In this document: one piece after another, positions 1 through 10,068 of the stretch
Numbering within the stretch: position 1 is the stretch's first letter
How the letters are laid out: every line of letters begins with the position of its first letter
Assembly: GCA_001179505.1 (NCBI GenBank)
Contig: CDMY01000622.1
Span: 1 to 41,093, forward strand
Origin: Vitrella brassicaformis CCMP3155
Lineage: Eukaryota > Protista > Chromerida
DNA: 41,093 nucleotides
Direction: 5' to 3'
Notes under the pieces: model-generated
Told to the model about the DNA's origin: nothing
The model's input: only the letters and a program-made list of their open reading frames with translations
Database searches by the model: none
Program-made: the position numbers and the translations under genes

Positions 1-166
1 AGTCACATCGTCGGCTGCATGTGGACAGCGCAGACGTCCCTTTCTCGTTGCATGCGCAACAGGGGGGCCCGCCGCCGTCTCGCGGGATGAGGGTAGGTGG
101 ATGGGGTTGGGTGTAGTCCGATACACGCTCGCTCATCCGAAAAGGAGGAGAAACAGCCGAGAAATC
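1..166 (-). mobile_element. 5' end of CRE/SLACS-type non-LTR retrotransposon (copy 1, runs off the window start)
   Basis: The reverse complement of 1-118 matches 1504-1621 almost base for base. 119-166 matches the 5' leader of copy 3 (9500-9550). Confidence 0.85.
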
Positions 167-227
167 ACCAACACCATCACAGGCAGTTTGCACATAAGAA
201 AACTTTGAACTCCACAATTACTGTTGC

Positions 228-290
228 CTGCAAATGATACTCCCAACCCATCGTCTCATGGAACCACACACGTCAAAACGTTTGTCGTCC
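228..290 (-). mobile_element. Short decayed fragment of the RTE/RTEX-like LINE RT region
   Basis: cccaaccca..tctcatggaaccacacac recurs at about 38228-38256. It translates VWFHETMGWEYHLQ versus VWFHESMGWAHYLQ in the large LINE. Confidence 0.6.
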
Positions 291-944
291 GGTACCCACA
301 TATCGTCGTTTCGGTGACCACCCGGTCGTTCTGTAGTATCAATGGCCACACTGGCGACTGCTCCTGGAGGAGCGACGTTGATTAGACATAATGGTTTGAT
401 CTCTGGGCTCGTATATAGAAACGCACCATGTTGAGCTCTTGGATCCGTCCCCTCCTCGATCATCACAAACGCATAGAACGTGTACGCGCTCGCCCACTGC
501 TATTCTCCCCCGCAGCACTCAATTTCGGTACTCGCCTTTCGGGAAGCTTTCCGTAAGGACGATCCTTTTCATTCGGAGGGCACGTTTATGGTGCCAAGGG
601 ACTACGCGGGCATGATAGCGCCAGAGACTGAGCTTTTGACGGATACGTACAAGCTGGATAAACTCTAGAGCATGCAAATCGGTCCGAACTTTGAGGGATA
701 GTAGTGGTTTTTACAGAACACTACTCTCGGAGGGCATAGTGAGTGAACGAACATGGATGTGGTTTATGTCGATGAACTTGTTACTTGACTCATCGTATAA
801 GTATGATATTTCAATAGGAGGCCTTTATCTTCTTAAAACCCATCAGACATCCAGTGCATTGGCGCGTGGTGTGAGCTGGTGTGTGAGTGGCGGCCGGCGG
901 CACTGGGTGGTGCGCTCGGCTGTGCGGTGGATGGGGCTGGCATG

Positions 945-1025
945 CTTATCGCTGATTGACTGATTTGTCCATGTGCGGATTCATGATGGACTGATGGACA
1001 CATTTCGCCGTTGCGCGAGGCGTTA
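945..1025 (-). mobile_element. Possible post-RT fragment of an RLE-type non-LTR element
   Basis: Translation SRNGEMCPSV...GQISQSAI resembles SRGELCPSV...QAKLTDAVF at about 8490-8555. The family assignment is inference. Confidence 0.3.
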
Positions 1026-1376
1026 ACGTCTTGCGACATCCAGTCCTGTCGCCACCAGCTCAAGTCCACTTGATGGCTGCCTCACTTCCACATACTGCGT
1101 TTCACAAACACAGACCTGAGGCAACGCTGAGCAGTTTATATAGTTCGTAGCGAGAAACTAAGAACTCCCGCATACCACCAGGCCATTTCATGCAAAAACT
1201 GACAGACACTTGACCTCCATGAGATCTTTCGGTAAACGAGGGGCGACAAGTGTTCGTCTTGAGTCTCGTACAGGAGAAAGCAGCAGCAGATGCAGACTCA
1301 CAAATATTGCACGACCGGCAAACCAATCATACAATGAAAACACACACAAGTCACAAAGCATGCATTGCATGTTCGG

Positions 1377-1474
1377 AAAGGCCGGTGAGGACCTTGCCGA
1401 GTATCAGTTCCGGATTAGCTGGGCGCTAGGTCCCAGAGCCGAAGTGCTTTCACTTCAGTGAGACAAACAAGTCA
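1377..1474 (+). repeat. Dispersed copy of the LINE 5'-end block
   Basis: AAAGGCCGGTGAGGACCTT...GCTGGGCGCTAGGTCCCAGAG..GTGCTTTCA..CAGTGAG matches the reverse complement of 41000-41093 and also 12960-13000. Confidence 0.75.
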
Positions 1475-1503
1475 TACACTGGTGACGTCCATAAAATGCA
1501 TCT

Positions 1504-3910
1504 AACTACACCCAACCTCCTCCAGTGACCCTCATCCCGCGAGACGGCGGCGGGCCCCCCTGTTGCGCATGCAACGAGAAAGGGAAGTCTGCGCTGTCCA
1601 CATGCAGCCGAGGATGTGACTGCCGAGGCAAGAAACGCCTCTGCACTGACTGTGTCAACTGCAAGCGCGGCACGTGCACGAATTTTGTGTATCCCGCGGA
1701 CCCGGTCGTTTGCAATGTTGATGATGCCGTCTCCCCTTCTGCTGGCTCTGCCGTGCCCTCCACAGCTTCCTTTGTCGATGAGAAGATGCGCGAGGCCTTC
1801 GGCGAGCCCCTGGTCAACTCCACTGGTGGATCGACTTTTCCCGAGTGGGAGGCGTATCACCAGCGGATCTGCCAGCTTCGACTGCGCTACGTGAAGGATC
1901 TCAGCAACCTTGGCAACCTAGGCCGCGCCATCGCCGATGCCATCGCTGAGGAGGTGGAGAAGATCTCCAAGCTCGAGGCACCGTCCCAGCAGGTCTTCGT
2001 CTTCATCCGCACACTCATCCAGCGGGATCCTGATGTCAAGAAGAAGCGCGATGTCAAGCGGATGCTCTGGAGGCGGCTGGAGATGTGGCAGGAGGGACAA
2101 GTGGAGGAGCTTGTGTGCGAGGCGGAGCGACTGGACCAGCAATTCCCCACCACTCAGCCTCGGCTGGACGACGCGTCGGTCTATCGCATCTTCAACAAGC
2201 TCATGCTCGAGGGCAAAGTCCGGGCGGCCGTCCGCTTCGTCAACGAGAGGGGCGGCGGGGGGGTCCTCCACCCATCCGCTCAGGCCGAGAAGCGCCCTCC
2301 GGGGGTCACGGTGCTCGATGTCCTTCGCGAGAAGCACCCACCACAGCAGCAGCCGCACGAGGAGGCCTTCCTTCCCTGTGACAACCTTCCTCCCCTCATT
2401 GACGTGGACATCACGGACTCGACCGTGGAGCGAGCGGCACGGAGCCTCAGTGGGAGCGCTGGACCGACCGGTGGCGATGCGAACTTCTGGCAGACCTTCC
2501 TCCTCCGATACGATGCCAAGAGCGGCCGCCTCCGCACGGCTGTGGCCTCACTCATCTCTACCCTGGCCAACACCATCGTCCCATGGGACAACATCAAGGT
2601 CCTGTGAGCGTGCCGCCTCATCGCTCTCGACAAATGTCCTGGCGTCCGCCCCATCGGCATCGGAGAGGTGCTATCTCGACTGGCCGGCAAGTGTGTGGCC
2701 TCGGTGACCCGCTCTGACCTGGAGGCGACCTGCGGCACCGATCAGCTGTGCATCGGAGTGAAGGGAGGCATCGAGGGAGCTGTGCACGCTGTGAATGACC
2801 TGTTCCAAGAGGACGAGACCGAGGGACTCCTGCTGGTGGACGCAAGCAACGCCTTCAATCGCATCAGTCGGCCTGCTGCCATCTGGAACACCCGCGTGCT
2901 GTGGCCCCGCTGCTCTCGCTATGTGTTCAACACCTACCGAGGGTTCGCCGCCCTTCACCTGCAAGACTCAGCCGGCTGTCTGTGGAGCTGTGAAGGCGTC
3001 ACACAGGGCGACTCCATGGCGATGTTCGTCTACGCCTGTGGCAGCCTTCCCCTCATCCATACCCTGCGGGCTGCCTGCGCGGAGGAGGGATATGAGATGC
3101 CGTCGAGTGGGGCATGGGACGACTCGGACAGCGATGGTTCTAGATCAGACAAGGGCGAGAACAAAAATGCGCCATCAGAAGCGCAAGAGAGGCCAGAAGA
3201 AGCTAGTGACATGCCACCAGAAGCACGGGGGGATGATGCGGGTGTGCGTGTGTGTTCTGGTGTAGAAGGTGTTGGTGCTGGTGAGGAGGAGAATTCGTCG
3301 GCCTCGTCGGCCCCTTCATCTGGCGCTTCACTGCGACAGTGCTGGTATGCAGATGACTCATCGGCGCTCGGCAAACTTCACGGCATCCTGATGTAGTTTC
3401 GAGCCCTGCGTCGCATCGGCCCTCATAAGGCTATCACCCGGAGGCCGCCAAGTGCTTCCTCGTCGTCAAACCCGAGCTCGAGCAGATCGCAAGGGAACTC
3501 TTCGAGCCCGAGGGGGTGCAGATTGTCACGGGCAAGAGGTTTCTGGGCGGCTATGTGGGCGATGAGGAGGGGAGGGCAGCCTTGCTCTGCGAGAAGGTCG
3601 AGGGATGGGTGCGCGGCGTGCGCGCGCTCATGTCTGCTGCCCGCAACTTCCCGCACACGGCCCACGCGGCAATGACGAGGTCTCTGCAGATGGAGTGGGA
3701 CTACGTCTTTCGTGTTGTGCTCACCGACGAGTGCGCTCTCAGCCCCCTCCGCGAGGCCATCGCCAGGGAGCTACTGTCGGCCCTCCTCGGCGGCCCTGTG
3801 ACGCCGTCCGAGGTCGACCTGATGCTGCTGCCTGCTCGCTTTGGCGGTACCGGCATACGTGACCCTCGCGACCGAGCCGCAGCCGCATACCCTGCTTCCC
3901 GCGCGGGCAC
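1504..3910 (+). mobile_element. CRE/SLACS-type (RLE) non-LTR retrotransposon, copy 2; lacks the 5' leader, RT pseudogenised, 3' end cut by the tandem repeat
   Basis: Cys-rich N-terminus followed by RT motifs ACRLIALDKCPGVRPIGIGE, LLVDASNAFN, GVTQGD, WYADD, FLGG and LPARFGGTGIRDP. Stops at 2605 (TGA) and 3394 (TAG), frameshift near 3425. No C-terminal CCHC/RLE is visible before the repeat starts. Confidence 0.9.
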
Positions 3911-4640
3911 CACCTGCGCATGCACGTGTGGACTTGGAGTGCGTGTATATGATGAATGTGTCTGTGCGCATACCTGCGCATCCCTGCGTATACACGTGTG
4001 GACTTGAAGTGCGTGCATATCATTACAGGTGCGCATGCACGTGTGGACTTGGAGTGCGTGTATATCATGAATGTCTGTGTGCGCACACAGCTACCTGCGC
4101 ATGCACGTGTGGATTTGGAGTGCGTGTATATAATGAATGTGTCTGTGCGCACACCTGCGCACATCTGCACATGCACGTGCGCATGCATGTGTCAACTTGG
4201 AGTGCGTGTATATCATGAATGTCTGTGTGCGCACACCTGCGCATGCACGTGTGGACTTAGAGTGCGTATACTGCGCGTGCACGTCTTGACTTGAAATGCG
4301 TGTATGCATACACTCCAAGTCGACACGTGCATGCGCAGGTGTGCATATACGCACACTTGAAGTCCAAACGTGCATGCACAGGTGTGTGCACACAGACATT
4401 CATCAGACACGCATACTCCAAGTCGACACGTGGATGCGCAGGTGTGCGCACACAGACATTCATCATATGCATACACTCCAAGTCGACACGTGCATGCGCA
4501 GGGGCGCGCACACAGACATTCATCATATACGCACACTTGAAGTCTAAAGGTGCATGCGCAGGTGTGCGCACACAGACATTCATCAGACACACATGCTCCC
4601 AAGTCGACACGTGCATGCGCAGGTGTGCACATAGAGATCC
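3911..4640. repeat. 60-bp tandem repeat array in fold-back arrangement (minus arm 3911-4306, plus arm 4307-4640)
   Basis: Unit approximately ACACACACTCCAAGTCGACACGTGCATGCGCAGGTGTGCGCACAGAGACATTCATCATAT. Orientation switches at the perfect palindrome GTGTATGCATACAC (4300-4313). Confidence 0.95.
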
Positions 4641-4690
4641 ATATGACAGAGAATTGGAAGACAAACAACAGAGAATTGTCACTCACGTAC

Positions 4691-5504
4691 TTGGGTGTAA
4701 GTGACAACCGAGGGGGCGCTAAAGATGGCGCAGAGCAGGCTCGAAAAGGCATTATTCAGCAAACCACCCTGATACACACACATGTCACATACGATGTCAA
4801 AGAATGTAACTAACAACAGACCTGTCGGACGAGGTTGAATTGGTCGCATGCGGTGGGCAGCAAGCTGAGCTTGGCGGTGGCTGTGAGGTCGCCCATACAC
4901 TCCAACCCAGACAGTATGAACGCAACTATCATCGGCAGCATCAAAGATCCATCGAACGCCACACCGTACCTACACAGACACACACATTCGACAGATACGC
5001 GTGTGTCGACACATGCATCTGGTTTCTGCTTTGCTGCCTCACTTGAATGGCGCTTCAGCGACTACAGATGTCAACCAAGGGGCAGTGATCCACAAAGGGT
5101 TTTCGTTGTTGATGAATCCGTCACAGCCCCAATCGGCCCATGCGCGCACCTTCTCGTGCCGAAACACAGGGCGAAGATTGTGCCGAAAAGAGTGCAGAAG
5201 ACCATCGCGCCGCTCTTGAAGATGGGAATGGAGTACTTTGCGCCGAGCCAATAGAAGCCGACGATCATGCAGATGGTGAAGAGCCCCAGCCCCCACTCAT
5301 TTGGCGCTCCGTAGGGATCGACGGGGCCGATATCGCCTGCGAGCTTGTTGACGCCCGTTTCGAGGATGGAAAGACCAATCGTGAACACCATAGTACCCTG
5401 CACACACAAAGGGTATGGATCAGCACACCCGGCCGACTTTGTCAGCCTACCGTGACGAGTGGTGGGAAGATCGCCTTCATTTTGGTTAAGGGTACGAACG
5501 CCAT
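4691..5504 (-). pseudogene. Internal fragment of an NCS2 (xanthine/uracil, nucleobase:cation symporter-2) permease gene, spliced
   Basis: GT-AG-bounded exons give KMKAIFPPLVT|GTMVFTIGLSIL...APF|KYGVAF...LECMGDLTATAKLS...|GGLLNNAFSSLLCAIFSAPSVVTYTQ|, matching NCS2 motifs FPPxVTG, ExxGDxTAT and GGxxxD/N...PxTTF/Y. Frame break near 5155. Both ends are lost at repeat arrays. Confidence 0.8.
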
Positions 5505-8153
5505 AAACACACACTCCAAGTCGACGCGCGCATGCGCAGGTGTGCGCACAGAGGCATTCATTATACACACACACTCCAAGGTGTGCGCACAGAGGCATTC
5601 ATCATATATACACACTCCAAGTCCACAAGCGCATGCGCAGGCGTGCGCAAAGAGGCATTCACCATATGAACACACACTCCAAGTCCACACGCGTACGCGC
5701 ATTGGTGTACGCATTGGTGTGCGCACAGAGACACTCATCATATAAACACACACTCCAAGTACAAACGTGCATGCGCAGGTGTGCGCACAGAGACATTCAT
5801 CATGTGCACATACTCCAAGTCCACACGCGTACGCGCATTGGTGTGAGCAAAGAGACATCCATCATATAAACACACTCCAAGTACAAACGTGCAGGCGCAG
5901 GTGTGCGCACAGAGACATTCATCATATAAACACACACTCCAAGTCCAAACTTGCATGCGGAGGTGTGCGCACAAAGACATTCATTAAACAAACACACACT
6001 CCAAGTCCACGCGCACATGCGCAGATGTGCGCGCAGAGGCATTCATCATACACACACACTCCAAGGTGTGCGCACACAGACATTCATCATATACACACGC
6101 TCCAAGTCCACACACGTACGCGCATTGGTGTGCGCAGAGAGACATCCATCATATAAACGCACACTCCAAGTACAAACGTGCAGGCGCAGGTGTGCGCACA
6201 GAGACACTCATCACAGAGACATTCATTATATAAACACACACTCCAAGTCGACGCGCGCATGCGCAGGTGTGCGCACAGAGATATTCATCATATATACACA
6301 CTCCAAGTACAAACGTGCAGGCGCAGGTGTGCGCACAGAGACACTCATCATTCAAACACACACTCCAAGTCAACGCGCGCATGCGTAGGTGTGCGCACAG
6401 AGACATTCATCATATACACACACTCCAAGTCCACACGCGTACGCGCATTGGTGTGCGCACACAGACATCCATCATATAAACACACTCCAAGTACAAACGT
6501 GCAGGCGCAGGTGTGCGCACAGAGACACTCGTCATATAGACACACACTCCAAGTCCCCATGCGCATGCGTAGGTGTTCGCACAGAGGCATTACTCATATA
6601 AATACACACTGCAAGTCCACACGCGTATGCGCATTGGTGTGCGCAAAGAGACATCCATCATATAAACACACACTCCAAGTACAAACGTGGAGGCGCAGGT
6701 GTGCGCACAGAGACACTCATCATATAAACACACACTCCAAGTCAACGCGCGCATGGGTAGGTGTGCGCACAGAGACATTCATCATAGAAACACACACTCC
6801 AAGTCCACACGCGTATGCGCAGGTGTGCGCACAAGGACATTCATCATGTGCACCCACACTCCAAGTCCACACGCCGCAGGTGTGCGCACAGAGACACTCA
6901 TCATTTAAACACACACTCAAAGTCAACGNNNNNNNNNNNNNNNNNNNNNNNNNNNNNNNNNNNNNNNNNNNNNNNNNNNNNNNNNNNNNNNNNNNNNNNN
7001 NNNNNNNNNNNNNNNNNNNNNNNNNNNNNNNNNNNNNNNNNNNNNNNNNNNNNNNNNNNNNNNNNNNNNNNNNNNNNNNNNNNNNNNNNNNNNNNNNNNN
7101 NNNNNNNNNNNNNNNNNNNNNNNNNNNNNNNNNNNNNNNNNNNNNNNNNNNNNNNNNNNNNNNNNNNNNNNNNNNNNNNNNNNNNNNNNNNNNNNNNNNN
7201 NNNNNNNNNNNNNNNNNNNNNNNNNNNNGTGCGCACAGAGACATTCATCACAGAGACATTCATCATAGAAACACACACTCCAAGTCCACACGCGTATGCG
7301 CAGGTGTGCGCACAAGGACATTCATCATGTGCACCCACACTCCAAGTCCACACGCGTATGCGCAGGTGTGCGCACAGAGACACTCATCATTTAAACACAC
7401 ACTCAAAGTCAACGCGCGCATGCGTAGGTGTGCGCACAGAGACATTCATTATATAAACACACACTCCAAGTCCACACGCGTACGCGCATTGGTGTGCGCA
7501 CACAGACATCCATCATATAAACACACTCCAAGTACAAACGTGCATGCGGAGGTGTGCGCACAGAGACACTCGTCATATACACACACTCCAAGTCCACACG
7601 CGTACGCGCATTGGTGTGCGCATTGGTGTGCGCACAGAGACATTCATCATATAAACACACACTCGAAGTACAAACGTGCAGGCGCAGGCGTGCGCACAGA
7701 GACACTCATCATATAAACACATACTCCAAGTCGACGCGTGCATGCGCAGGTGTGCGCACAGAGACACTCATCATATACACACACTCCCAAGTCCAAACGT
7801 GCATGCGCAGGCGTGCGCACCCAGACACTCATCATATACACACACTCCAAGTCCAAACGCGCATGCGCAGGTGTGCGCACAGAGACATCCATCATATTCA
7901 CACACCCAGAGACATCCATCATATTCACACACCCAAGTCAACGGGTGCATGCGCAGGTGTGCGCACGGGGATATCATTACATACACACACTCCAGGTCCA
8001 GGCGTGCATGCGCAGGTGTGCGCACAGGGACATTCATTATATACACACACTCAAGTCCGTGCATGCGCAGAGACATTCATCATATTCACACCCAAGTCCA
8101 CGCGTGCATGCGCAGGTGTGCGCACAGGGACATTCATTATATACACGCACTCC
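5503..8153 (+). repeat. Largest array of the 60-64 bp tandem repeat (about 40 units, contains a gap)
   Basis: Continuous units with recurring sequence variants; 300 N at 6929-7228. Confidence 0.97.
6929..7228. other. Assembly gap (300 N)
   Basis: Run of N inside the array. Confidence 1.
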
Positions 8154-8399
8154 GCTGCTGTCGAAGGACGTTTGCCTGATGGAATCCATGGTGATGACGA
8201 CCGGTCAAGAAGACGTAACAGTGACAAGTCGGTTGCTGGAGGTGCGAAGGTGAGTGCGTTGAATTTACAGAAAGAACCAATTGAGGAAAGGAAATCGCCA
8301 CAGCTGCACTCCTCTCAGTGTAGCCCGCGCGGGCAAGCATCATATCAGAAGCCTCTCGCTAACCAAAGGGCTAACCTAGACCTTCTTGACGTCCTACTG

Positions 8400-8580
8400 A
8401 TGCAGACGGCAATCTTCGTCACCGCCCTCTTGTTCGGTTTCTCCGCCGTAGGGTGCCACGACACGCTTCGCAAGGGTGACCTTTCAGCAGTGTCTCGCGG
8501 TGAGCTGTGCCCCAGTGTGGATCTCTCTCAAGCCAAGCTCACCGACGCTGTCTTCGGGGTGTTCGCCCACGGCGTCTACC
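8400..8580 (+). mobile_element. Probable post-RT fragment of an RLE-type non-LTR element, perhaps resuming at about 8800-8850
   Basis: Reads TAIFVTALL...GELCPSVDLSQAKLTDAVF. After the degenerate repeat it reads AWSFLGAPSAPAYR, resembling the post-RT 'AWL/FLxAxPS' motif. A paralogous peptide occurs at 945-1025. Confidence 0.4.
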
Positions 8581-8800
8581 ACGCGTCGGCCTGGAGAGGG
8601 TGTATATGACGAACGCCTCTGTCCACTCGCCTGCGCCCGCGCGCATCAACCTGTAGGGTGTGTATATAATGAATGTTTCTCTGCGAACACCTGCGCACAC
8701 ACGCATCGACCTGCAAAGGGTGTATATGATAAATGCCTCTGTCCGAACGCCTGCGCATATATGCGTCGACCTGCAGGGGGTTGTGTATGATGAACGTCTC
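8581..8800 (-). repeat. Diverged (older) array of the 60-bp repeat, about 3.5 units
   Basis: Exact 60-nt register (acgcgtcggc/gcgcatcaac/acgcatcgac/atgcgtcgac ... tgtatatga) but many substitutions relative to the other arrays. Confidence 0.85.
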
Positions 8801-8949
8801 CCCAGCATGGTCCTTCCTTGGTGCGCCCAGCGCTCCAGCATACAGGTGCTGTCAAACACGCCGACGCGTGGGCAGCGAGTAAAGAGACATCTGTAGCAAG
8901 AGAGAAAGAGAGACTTCCAGAGCCAAGCATCCAACCGTAAGGGATTCAC

Positions 8950-9025
8950 TTAGAGCTTGTTCGCTCATCTCCAAAAGCCAGTTGACCCTTTCGAGAGAGC
9001 ACAACATGTTCACCTGAAGCACAAC
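8950..9025 (-). other. Orphan exon-like segment of unknown gene
   Basis: (CT)n-CCGCAG acceptor, open frame VVLQVNMLCSLERVNWLLEMSEQAL and GTGAAT donor. No recognisable family. Confidence 0.3.
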
Positions 9026-9145
9026 CTGCGGAGAGAGAGAGAGAGACATGCATACAGTCATGTATCATCTTGTTCATCTCTCCTACGAGTTGTCCGTTCT
9101 GTGTGCTATAGAGCTGAACCTTTGCGGCCCATGCTATTCTGCTCG

Positions 9146-9465
9146 ACACAGAGACATTCATTATATACACACACTCCAAGTCCAAACGTGCATGCGCAGG
9201 TGTGCGCACAGAGAATACTCCAAGTCCAAACGTGCATGCACAAGTGTGCGCAAAGAGACATCCATCATATACACACACTCCAAGTCGATACGTGCACACC
9301 TGCCACACTCCAAGTCGACGCGTGCATGCGCAGGTGTGCACACATAGACATTCATCATATACACACACTCCAAGTCCAAATGTTCATGCGCAGATGTGTA
9401 CACAGACTTGGACTTGTATGCGCAAGTTTGCGCACAGAGATATTCATCATATACACACACTCCAA
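9146..9465 (+). repeat. 60-bp tandem repeat array (about 5 units)
   Basis: Same unit; includes the deletion variant CAGAGAATACTCCAAG at 9211-9220. Confidence 0.95.
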
Positions 9466-9499
9466 TCGGCATGGAGTCTTATGTCTTGACTAAATCGGC

Positions 9500-10068
9500 G
9501 ATTTCTTGGAGGTTTCTCCTTCTTTTCGGATGAGGCAGCGCGTGTCCGACTACATCCAACATCCTCCACCACCCCTCCCCCGCGAGACGGCGGCAAGCCC
9601 CCATGTTGCGCATGCAACGCGATGGGCGGTCCAAGCTGTCCACGTGCAGCCGAGGCTGCGACTGCCGAAGCAATAATCGCCTCTGCACTGACTCTGTCAA
9701 CTGCAAGCGCCGTACGTGCACGAACTTTGTGTATCCCCTGGACCCGGTTGTTTGCAATGATGACGATGATGATTCTTCCCCTTACGCCGGTCCTGCCGTG
9801 CCCTCCACGGCTTCTTTCGGTGATGACAAGATGCGCGAGGCCTTCGGTGAGCCCCTCACCAACTCTGCTGGTGGATCGAGCTTTCCTGAGTGGGAGGCGT
9901 ATTACGAGCGGGTTTGCCGGCTTCGCCTGCGCTGCGTAGGCATCTACAAGACTGGCAACCTTGGCCGCGCTGTCGCTGATGCTGTCACTGATGATGTGGA
10001 GGCGATTGCCAAGCTCGAGGCGCCTTCCGAGCAGCTCTTCGTCGTCATCACCAATCACATCCACCAGC
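9500..10068 (+). mobile_element. CRE/SLACS-type element copy 3: 5' leader plus N-terminal coding part, 3'-truncated and more diverged
   Basis: Colinear with 1504-2030 (STCSRGCDCR..CTD.VNCKR.TCTNFVYP, KMREAFGEPL, FPEWEAY, KLEAPS). Leader shared with copy 1. Confidence 0.9.

Noticed and set aside
5071-8179. Dozens of His/Cys/Thr-rich ORFs (e.g. 6178-7716, 512 aa) over the arrays, also at 12210-12929 and 30202-31398
   Set aside because: They are by-products of a stop-poor 60-bp unit open in several frames on both strands; some span Ns. There is no evidence of coding.
3900-8420. CRE copy 2 resuming at 8407 after a single 4.5-kb insertion (ASRAGT + AIFVTALL)
   Set aside because: The join is plausible at peptide level only. 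There is no TSD, and the 8400 fragment resembles a different paralogue (945-1025), so it is not supported.
7554-8609. 351-aa ORF as a real gene
   Set aside because: It is a chance read-through of repeat units, an orphan exon, an intron-like stretch and a retroelement fragment.
9500-9550. Hammerhead or HDV ribozyme in the CRE 5' leader (CGGATGAG)
   Set aside because: The core is not CUGAUGA...GAAA and no consistent stems could be drawn in both copies.
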